The notes under the pieces were generated by a model that saw only the letters and a list, made by a program, of their open reading frames with translations, searched no databases and was not told the DNA's origin. Positions 40,945 through 52,700 of a stretch of DNA of 64,000 nucleotides are shown here, one piece after another. The DNA is taken from the NCBI GenBank assembly GCA_002269645.1, contig NIVC01000209.1, positions 124,001-188,000 of the forward strand. Direction: 5' to 3'. Origin of the DNA: Macrostomum lignano. Lineage: Eukaryota. The stretch's first letter is position 1, and each line of letters begins with the position of its first letter. The position numbers and the translations under genes are program-made.

Positions 40945-42248
40945 ATGCTGACTTCCCTACATGTGTCTGCTGCCACCTTGCTGCTGGTAGCCAGTGCTGT
41001 TCAGTGCTACTACAGGAGCTTCAGCTATACATATATTGGCTGCTTCAAGGACAACACGGGAGGCGTCAGGGATATCGTTGGACTGACTGGGATCACCCAG
41101 ATGGACACTTTCGATGTAACTATGAATATCTAGCCTCTAGTAGTTGTAGCCACTAGGAGTTGTAGCCGAGTGGTCAGAGCGTAGGACTCACGACTTGAAT
41201 GTCGGGAGTTAGATTCCCGATTCCATTGGAACAATTTGTGTCCTTGAGCAAGACTCCTAACTCTGCATTGATTCAGTTCACCCAGCTGTAAAATGGGTGC
41301 CAGCATTAGCTGGGGTAATTGAGGCTGTGAGTGGCGACCCCCAGTCCTTGGACTGAACAGCCGTACGCAGCCTTCAGATGCGCCGCGCAATAGCTGCGGC
41401 TGAGCTGTCGGTTGCACATCTGGCCAATGGGGCAGGTGTAATCAATTGTTATTACTATAAATGTCTACAAAAACAGATTGCATTGATTTTTGTCGTTCAG
41501 CTTCAGGCTTTAAACCAGATTATTATTATTTATTTTTTCATAGCCGAGTGTCTACCGCTTTTAGGTGTCCCCCGAGCCTGCCAATTCATTTGTGTACAAT
41601 ACAATGGCGCCCAATTTGTGCGCCAGAATCTGCTCTCTGGGCGGCTTCGCCTATTTCGGTTTGCAAGCCGGAGGCTTCTGCTTCTGCGGCTGGTCCTACG
41701 GATCGCAGGGTTCGGCCCCAGAGTCTGATTGCTCAGAGGCATGCACTGGAAATGCCTCGACCGTCTGCGGTGGTCAAGACCGCAACTCCGTCTACGCAAT
41801 GCACTACGGTAATAAAAGTTCATTAAAACGTCATTAAACGGGAATTGCAAGTAGTACTGATCAAGATAATTCGAGTAATCAACGGGAATGGGGTTTGGAG
41901 ATCCTAGCTGCTCTCATGAACTTTTAAAATTTGGTTAGCCAACGAACCACTGGGAACTTTGATCTGCTGTTTCTTCCAATTCCAGGCAACAGCTGCAAGA
42001 ACTTCCACCTGGAGACCAGCCGACCCCCGCTGAAAGTGGAAGTCGCCACCTTCACCCAAGCCGCCTACTCTGCCGTGGCCGCCACGGAAGCCACCGACTG
42101 CATTCTGAAGTGCCACTCCGCCGGTAGAACCTGCCAGGCTGTGATCTTCAACCAGCAGGCCCGGCTGTGCTACCGGCTGAGGTTCGCTCTGGTGCCGGAG
42201 GCTCTGAATGCCACTGCCGCTGTGGGAGATTTCTACGTGATCGAGTGA
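40945..42248 (+). CDS. Secreted WSC + PAN/Apple-like protein, paralog B (~225 aa); exons 40945-41115, 41565-41808, 41986-42248
   Basis: Same architecture and intron positions/phases (0,1) as paralog A; YIGCFKD, CFCGWSYG, CGGQDRNSVY, DCILKC..CQAVIFNQQARLC. Confidence 0.9.
41156..41390 (+). mobile_element. tRNA-derived SINE with CORE-like central domain, in paralog B intron 1
   Basis: A box TAGCCGAGTGG (41163), degenerate B box, then TGTGTCCTTGAGCAAGACTCCTAACTC..CAGTTCACCCAGCTGTAAAATGGG, resembling the MIR/CORE consensus from recall. Confidence 0.7.
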
Positions 42249-43289
42249 GATATGAGTGACCTTTGTTAACAATCTTAATTGGCCACCTATCTGAAATAGC
42301 AAGACTGGGTCGTTCTCAAAGCTAGGTCACAACTTTTTGTTATTGAAAAAAAGTTTGTACACGGACCAACAACAGTACAAAAAATTTATTTTGACAATTT
42401 CAGTAAGAAGCTGTTACTAAAACCACAAAAAACTTAAGTATGACAATAAATGAATCTATTTGTTATTCTAGACAAAATTATTAGACAAAGTTGAATTAAT
42501 TAATTACTAAAAATCTACTAGCTTAACTAAAATAGCAATTAGTCTTTAAGAAAAATTCCACTTGTTAATTGAGAAAAATGAGGTTGTGTGAGATGTACAA
42601 ATGCAAATGAGCATGCAGGAAACAGAAACAAACAAAAAAGTTAAATGTGTGAAAATTAATATTTCGCATAAAACGAAAAAAGACACTGCACATGCATATT
42701 TAATATGATAAGGAGACATAATGAGCACACGCACACTGAAACACCAGTACTAATGGCGAGTCTGCTTCTCGTTGCGAACCCATGCAATAATCAAACTTAT
42801 GATCGAACTACGCATGGTTTCTGTCCCTCGCTTTAAATCTCTCACCTCCCCTAGTTCCATCAACCTTAGCAGCTCCTATGCAAAAAGTATCCCTCCGCAT
42901 CTTATACACGCGTGGCTACTTCAGGCTGTAGCCTGACTACACTTTTATAATTGGTTGCACTATTAAGGCATCATATTAAGGCTGCTCAAACAAGGCTGGA
43001 GCTTTTCTAGTAATTTCAGGTTTGTCCATAGACCAAAGCTCGTGATAGGAATTCTATCAACTACATCAAATAATGTATGAACTTATTGTGTGTGTGCTGT
43101 GCATATATATGTATATATATAGTCGCACGTCCGACATGTGCTATTTCCAGTAACAAAAATAAATGTTCGGTAAATTGTTAAAATTTTCACTCCTCCCAGA
43201 ATTTGAGAACGACCCGGCTACGCAATGAGAAAATACTAAATGCAACATGTCTACTTTCTTTTATTGTATCTAATCTGCGCTTATCTGAT

Positions 43290-43650
43290 TGGTCGATAAA
43301 GGGGGTGTGGCGGATAGTTGTGAGGTCAGCTGATTGGCCAGAAAAAGGAGGTGGGGTGGATAGTTGTGAGGTCAGCTGATTGGCCAGAAAAAGGAGGTGG
43401 GGAAGAGTTGTGCGGTCAGCTGATTGGCCAGGAAAAGGGGGTGGGGCGGATAGTTGTGCGGTCAGCTGATTGGCCAGGAAAAGGGGGTGGGGCGGATAGT
43501 TGTGCGGTCAGCTGATTGGCCAGGAAAAGGGGGTGGGGCGGATAGTTGTGCGGTCAGCTGATTGGCCAGGAAAAGGGGGTGGGGCGGATAGTTGTGCGGT
43601 CAGCTGATTGGCCAGGAAAAGGGGTGAGGCGGATTGCTGTGCAGCCATCT
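43290..43650. repeat. 46-nt tandem repeat containing E-box, reverse CCAAT and GC-box motifs
   Basis: Unit GGATAGTTGTGCGGTCAGCTGATTGGCCAGGAAAAGGGGGTGGGGC, ~7 copies. Confidence 0.9.
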
Positions 43651-44189
43651 GATTAGCTATTAAAATTCTTCATACCTTTTTTTTTACCCTGAATAACGAC
43701 TTAAACTTGAAAAGTGCCGAATAGCTTTTCCTCTTTTTTTACACGTAGTCTACAGAAAAAATTGAAAGATTTTGTTTGCAGAAATAAATCAATAACTGTT
43801 TTTACCTTTAGAACTATCGCACATAAATCAATAAAATCAATTTTCCGATCAAAAATCAAAATCATGTGGTTTCTTACTTTGTTTTATTTTTTCTCTTGTT
43901 TTCCTGTTTTTTCAGCAACTGTCTTGTGCAAATATAAAACGCATCATGCCGTTCTTGAAGCCACCGCTGAGCTGCATTCTGATAATTGACAATGACAACA
44001 CGCATCCACTCTTTGTTATTTCCTTCTGACGGCGAATTCGACTGGAGAAAGTTTTTTGCATTTCAAAACTGGCAACTCTGAAAGTAGAATGTCAGATGGC
44101 ATTCTGCCTGTTTTGTAGGAGACATTTCCCATGTTCTGAAGAACTGTTATTCTCTTTGAAGTTAATAGGAATCTCTGGCTCCAAGTCCA

Positions 44190-44190
44190 A

Positions 44191-44231
<41 letters not shown>

Positions 44232-44232
44232 C

Positions 44233-44263
<31 letters not shown>

Positions 44264-44276
44264 CACAGACAGACAC

Positions 44277-44307
<31 letters not shown>

Positions 44308-44364
44308 CACAGACAGACACACAGACAGACAGACAGACAGACACACAGACAGACAGACAGACAC

Positions 44365-44458
<94 letters not shown>
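44190..44458. repeat. (CAGA)n microsatellite
   Basis: Direct observation. Confidence 0.97.
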
Positions 44459-44459
<1 letters not shown>

Positions 44460-45000
44460 TTTAATTGGCATCAGAAATAGCCACCGTGCATTTCCCATTC
44501 AGTCTGAAACACACTAAAGTTGGTCCCAGCAACGCTACTTCTAAGCATTTTAAAAAAACTTGTATAAATGATATGATCCTAAATCGTTTTAATCTAGCAC
44601 ACAACTATCAATATTATACTGTAATACTGATCCCGAATAATTAATCCCAAGGACGCAAAGTCCTTATCTTGCCCTGTTTGATGGTTTTTTAAACGCATGA
44701 ACTAACTTTCATGCTGCTACTGAAAGTACTGCATACAGCGCCTGGTTTTTTTTAAACTCCAAGGCTATTTCCAAAAACGTTTACCCTGTACACCTGGGCT
44801 GCTACAAAGAAGCGCTCCCAGCGCCAGCCAGTGCCATTCAACTCATTTAACTTGCCCATTAAAAACTACCAGCATTGTGTTGTTGACCAGGTTATGAATT
44901 TGACTGAGGCAAAGGTGCTGAGGCACACGCATGAGACGCATGACTGGGCAGGTAATGAGCTATCACCCCATTGCCAAGCCTGCTTGAAGGGTCAGGTGCA

Positions 45001-46378
<1,378 letters not shown>

Positions 46379-47478
46379 AATTTTCAACCCACAAACTCGG
46401 CTCTGCTACCTGCTGAAGTTTTCTCTTGTGCAGCACCGTTGGGGAAGAGTCAATGACGATTGTCCCCAACAACATCCCCAACAACATCTCCAACAACTTT
46501 GACTTACTGATTTTGCTGCAATGTGGTCCGTAGACACCCATTCCGCTAGCCCTGAAGGCCCGCAGACAGGCAGAGGCGTGGGACCCGTCAATGGACGTAG
46601 CCATAGAGTTAGCGTAGCCGGTCTCTGGTAAAGAAAGGGCAGTGACAAACAAAGTGCTGAGCATCTTCATTGTCGTACTCGCAAAAAGGGCAAAGTTCGC
46701 TCTCGAGGTCGCCTCGGAGGAAGCAGTGCCTGGCGAGATAGCCGTGACCGTTAAAGGTCATGACAAGGGCTCAAATATCCTTCCGATTTTGGTTCAGAAG
46801 GACGTTTCTGAGCCTGTGAGAGGGGCACGGATCCGCGGCACGAGATTGCCGGCAGTTCTGGGTTCAGCCCAGTCATCGATCTGACGATTGATGACCCTAG
46901 AAAGGATAGTGACCAGGGGTTCAGGACCAAGGAAAGAGCCAGAGCCGCTCCCCCTGGCGATGGTGTCTGCCAACTCGTTTCCCAAAAACATCCCTAGCAG
47001 CACCCCCAACAGGATTCCCAACAGCATCCCCAACAGCATCCCCAACAGCATCCACAACAGCTTCCACAGCAGCATCCCCAACAGCATCCCCAACAGCATC
47101 CCCAACAGCATTCCAAAAGCATCCCCAACAGCATCCCCAACAGCATCCCAACAGCATCCCAAACAGCATCCCCAACAGCATTCCAACAGCATCCCCAACA
47201 GCATTCCAACAGCATCCCCAACAGCATTCCAACAGCATCCCCAACAGCATTCCAACAGCATCCCCAACAGCATTCCAACAGCATCCCCAACAGCATCCCC
47301 AACAGCATCCCCAACAGAATCCCAACAGCATCCCCAACAGCATTCCAACAGCATCCCCGATATGTTTACTATAGTTTGTAGCGGCTCGCCTTCGGCCTGG
47401 CGAGCGAAAAGAAAGTTCGCTTGCCAAGCCTCAAGTTGCGGCCTGGCTTCTCAACTTGAGCGTCTACTTGGGCCATAG
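46379..47478 (-). mobile_element. Degenerate non-LTR retrotransposon (LINE) 3' fragment: RNase H C-terminus + CCHC zinc knuckle
   Basis: Minus strand gives GNELADTIARG..FLGPEP and FNGHGYLARHCFLRG..LCPFCEYDNEDAQHFVCHCP. A ~12-nt CCCCAACAGCAT minisatellite (46990-47355) interrupts the RNase H. Confidence 0.8.
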
Positions 47479-47483
47479 ACGTA

Positions 47484-48773
47484 CGAGAGGAAGTCAAAAA
47501 GTAATGATAATTTTGTTCTCACGAAGTGTCAAACTTCAAATGGGAATCTACTCTTCTACATGGTACCCCTTCAGGGTCAGGCACTTCTTCATTCAGTGTT
47601 GCGGCTGTTGCCATCTCTCCAGGCCGTTCGCGTAGAACTCAGGAGGCTGTGCAGCAAGCCACTGTACAGTAGCCACTGGACTCCTTTGATTGCTTCCTTC
47701 AGCTTGGGAAACAAAAAAGTCCGGAGGAGCCAAACCAGGGCTATATGGAGGATGCTAGAGGATTTCCAGGCGGAAATCTTGCAGGGCTTCACGGCAGAGC
47801 CGAGAAGTGTGGGCTGGTGCATCGTCGTGGTGAAAGAGAATCCCACAGTGCAGCTTGTCGGGTCGCTTTTTGGCCAGTTCGGTGCGGAGCTAGCTTTCGC
47901 AGAAGCGACTCATATCAGGTGGCACTGATGGTCTTCTGGCTTTCCAAGAAGTCGACCGTCACCACTCCCTAAACATCCCAGAAGATGGTCGCCAAGACCT
48001 TCGCTGCAGACCGTTCTGCACAGAACTTCTTGAGGCCCGCAGAACCTCGTGGCAGCCCCTCCTTGGATTGGACTTTGGATTCGGGATTGTACTGAAATAT
48101 CCATGTTTCATCCCCAGTCACTGAGCGCTGGTAAAAGTTTTCTGAATCAGCCTCCAAGCGGTTCAGCAGGTTGATGGCGCACTCAGTGCGCTGAACCCGG
48201 TGTTCAGGCCGCAACAGCCGCGGGACCCAGCGGGCACTCAGCTTGCTCAGACCAAGACAGTCCGTCACAATGGAGTGAGCACTGCCATGAGAGATGGCCA
48301 CTTGGTCAGCAATATTGTCTATGGTCACGCACCGATCCTGCTCAAGTACCTGCTGCACAGCTGCCACATTTTTCTCTGTGCGCGATGTTTTGGGCCTTCC
48401 AGACTGCTGGGCGTCTTCCACGGACTCTCGGCCTTTCTTGAAAGCCTGAATCCAGCGGTAAATGATTGGATCTGGTGGAGCAGTGGTCCCCGTAGACCTT
48501 CTTCAAAGCGTCAATGATTTCGGCTGGCTTCCAACCAAGTTTTACAAGAAAATTCACGTTAGTGCGAGCTTCGATTTTTTAATTTTCCATTGCTCAAAGG
48601 GTATACTGTGATTAGAGCGTCACCATGCAGACATCAATCACTTTAGAAGAACAAAAACTCTGTAAAATAAAGAGCCAAAGATGTTTTTTTTCAAATGAAA
48701 CCAGTTGCAGTTCACTACCTCTTATATTTTAGGCGTTACAACAAAATTATCATTACTTTTTGACTTCCCCTCG
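47484..48773 (-). mobile_element. Full-length (1290 bp) mariner element with a pseudogenised DD34D-type transposase
   Basis: TA-flanked TIRs CGAG(A/G)GGAAGTCAAAAAGTAATGATAATTTTGT. Motifs WVPRLL, TGDETW, HHDDAPAH and an SPxLAP-like remnant. ATG at 48590 with an early TAA and frameshifts. Confidence 0.93.
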
Positions 48774-49789
48774 TATATGATAATGGCAATTTAATAAGCA
48801 TTCTATGGTCAGAGTGTCCGAGGCTGCATTTAATGGTCCCGAGGCGAGCGAAGCGAGTGTGGCCAAGGACATTCTAACCATAGACAGCTTAATTTAATGG
48901 CTATTATTTTATAATAAATCAGATTGCTTATTTTGGGCCGTATGCAGAAAGCCTAGTCCAGACTAGCTTGTCCGGACTGGCTAGTTCAGTCTATGGTCTA
49001 TGGTATAGCTAGAATTGTGGAAGTGTAGCTCGTCTAACAAATAGTAGGAAAATAAACGTCAACAAAAACATAAAAAGTCCAACAGAAGACGTCAAACACA
49101 AGACGTCGTCAGGGCAAATTCAATCAACCTAAGATCACACCACCAATATATTTAAGCAAAAATCACTGTACAGTCCAGAGGCGGGTCAAAACAGTCCGGT
49201 AGAATTTAGAAAATGCCAAGTACATAACAACGTGAGAGAGAAAAAAAAATAATAAAAAAATAGGCACGGCTCTGCTCACAGTACTCTTAGCTCACGCTTG
49301 CTTGGCTTAGCTTGGCCAAAAAAACTGTAAGGCGTCATGTTGCTACTGAAATAACTGCTTACAGCGTTAGATTATTTTAAACCCCATGCTTGTTTCCAAA
49401 AAAAACTTACCATTGCCCATCGAAAAACTGCCGGCATTGTGGTGCCAGCCAGTGAATTTTTATCATTCATTTTAGTCATATTGTTGCTATGGCGACGCTG
49501 CTCAGCGCTGATGACGGCTGAGGCACACGCGTGAGATCCGTGCGCGGAAGGGCACTGAGCTAACACCCCCATTGCCAAACCTGCTGCTTGATGGGTCAGC
49601 TGCTTCTTTCTCTCTCTCCCTATGCACACGCCTGTGCATGCAGATTAGATTCATATAGAAGCAGCATAGAAGAAGTCAGCCATTGTTATAAATTTAAATC
49701 GTTTTTTTAGCAATTTTACGCTGCAATTTAATCCCCCCAGCTCTACTATGTGCGCAGAGGCTTTCGCTTACTAGAAAAAGTGTCCGAAA

Positions 49790-52700
49790 ATGCTTGCTGT
49801 GAGTCTTGTCGCAGTTCTTGGCGCAGCCTTCGCGCTGGGCGACACATCCTACTCTTATTCTAACCTGGGCTGCTTTATTGACGATGACGACCGGGACCTC
49901 CTCGGCCTGGTTGGCATCACCACGATGGGAGAGTACAGCGTAAGTTTATTTATTGTCATTACCTGGATTAATCTGAGGCACCAGATAATCAGGAGCTGCC
50001 ATATCCGCCGCCCTCCCAGATCCAGGGTTCCCACCGCCGCTGCTCTTCCCAGATCCTTAGTTGCTGGGTTCCCACCGCCGCTGCTCTTCCCAGATCCTCA
50101 GTTGCTGGGTTTCCACCGCCGCTGCTCTTCCCAGATCCTCAGTTGCTGGGTTCCCACCGCCGCTGCTCTTCCCAGATCCTCAGTTGCTGGGTTCCCACCG
50201 CCGCTGCTCTTCCCAGATCCTCAGTTGCTGGGTTCCCACCGCCGCTGCTCTTCCCAGATCCTCAGTTGCTGGGTTCCCACCGCCGCTGCTCTTCCCAGCT
50301 CCTCAGTTGCTGGGTTCCCACCGCCGCTGCTCTTCCCAGATCCTCAGTTGCTGGGTTCCCACCGCCGCCTTCCCAGATCCTCAGTTGCTGGGCCACCACC
50401 CTCTCATAGTTTGTCTTCCATTCTCCCAGAACAACCACTGCAGTAGCAAATACTAGCAAGAGGAGCGATAAACAGCCACTGCCCCGCACCACACAAGAGC
50501 GCTGATGAGCATCCCTAGCTTATAATTTGATGGTCGTAGAACGTATAAAAACCAAATTACTAATAAGAAACAAGAAAATATTAGCATTTATCAATTGGAG
50601 TTATCATATAAGTTATCATTAGAGTTGTAATTAGAGATTATTAGGAGTTATCATTAGGAGTTATCATTAGGAGTTATCATTAGATTTATCATTAGGAGCT
50701 ACCATTAGAGTTATCATTAGGAGTCATCATTAGAGTTATCATTAGGAGTTACCATTAGAGTTATCATTAGGAGTTACCATTAGGAGTTATCATTAGGAGT
50801 CATCATTAGGAGTTACCATTAGAGTTATCATTAGGAGTTATCATTAGGAGTTATCATTAGAGTTATCATTAGCAGTCATCATTAAAGTTATCATTAGGAG
50901 TCATCATTAGGAGTTACCATTAGAGTTATCATTAGGAGTTACCATTAGGAGTCATCATTAGAGTTATCATTAGGAGTTACCATTAGAGTTATCATTAGGA
51001 GTTACCATTAGGAGTTATCATTAGGAGTTATCATTAGGAGTTACCATTAGAGTTATCATTAGGAGTTACCATTAGGAGTTATCATTAGGAGTTATCATTA
51101 GGAGTTACCATTAGAGTTATCATTAGGAGTTACCATTAGGAGTCATCATTAGAGTTATCATTAGGAGTTACCATTAGAGTTATCATTAGGAGTTACCATT
51201 AGGAGTTATCATTAGGAGTTATCATTAGGAGTTACCATTAGAGGTATCATTAGGAGTTACCATTAGGAGTTATCATTAGGAGTTACCATTAGAGTTATCA
51301 TTAGGAGTTACCATTAGGAGTTATCATTAGGAGTTATCATTAGGAGTCATCATTAGGAGTTACCATTAGGAGTTACCATTAGGAGTTATCATTAGGAGTT
51401 ATCATTAGGAGTCATCATTAGGAGTTACCATTAGAGTTATCATTAGGAGTTACCATTAGGAGTCATCATTAGCAGTCATAATTAAAGGTATCATTAGGAG
51501 TCATCATCACGAGTCAATAAGAATCACCGCACTTATGTTACATCATGCTAATGATGTAACCGCCCTTGTCGCCTGTCCGCTCCGTAGAGAGACGAACGCA
51601 TGACCGGAGGGGGCAATGACCGTAGGCTGCCTATGACCGGGCAATGACCTGACGGACCTCCAGCACCAGACTGTCCCGCCCACATGATTGATAGCTTTGG
51701 TAGCGCTTCGTGACCAGAGGGCCAAGGACCCACATGGACCCCACCTGTAGCCAAGGTGCAATAGTTGGTCACTCGGTCATAGTATGACCGAATGGCTGCC
51801 ACCACTCTATGTGACCCGGCGCACCTAGATCTTACTACCAGACCTCTCGAGGCTAGAGCCCCGCCTGGGATGGTTACCAGGAGATATAGGCTAACAGGGG
51901 AGACACATGCAGCCGAGTACAGGGACTCTGCTTGAGGCATGATCGGGAACTCTGGGCTCAATCTGGAGGATTTCTCAGCAGGGGATCCTTTGTGGCTGTG
52001 AGCGAGGCGGACTTGCGACTTTGATTACTAAGAGTAGTATGAGGCGAACATGTGCTGTCTATAGTTTAGATTTCTCAGGGCAAAGGGACGCGTCAGCATG
52101 GGGTTGCAACCTTCCTACTGCCATTCTGTGCCAAGACTCGCTAATTCCTCTACTGCACGCACACACGGCCCCGCAGCACGCACTCACAGGAGGCCATTAG
52201 CTTACCCAAACTTCCTTATGCTTTGCCACCCCGAGAGAAAGGCTTAGCAAGCCATGAGTTAAATGATGGTGGAAGAGTGAATAATGATGAGGTTAGTTAA
52301 TAGTTAATAATTAGGCCCTTAGGCAAATAATCAGGCAAGTAGGCGGCTTCACTATTGAGTAAAAGTACAGCAAAAGTTACGGTATCACAATTGGCTCAGC
52401 TCTCTAATCAAGTAATGGCAAAAATAGGCAAACCCCGGATAAGCAAAGGCGATTAGAGCACAAATTAGTAATAGGAACTTACCGGCAGCTGCACAGAAAG
52501 AGAGAGCGGCAGAGTGACCGAGGGCGGCTGTAGGCTGCAGTCAGGCAGACAGTGAAGCGGCGATGCGCTGAAGCGACGAGGCGCTGATGTAGATCAGGCG
52601 ATGCTGATGATGCTGGGCGGTATCAGACCGCTGGCCGATAGGCGAGCTCACTTGGGAGCTAAGGTAACTGGGCGGTATCAGACCGTGGACCGGCAGAGGC

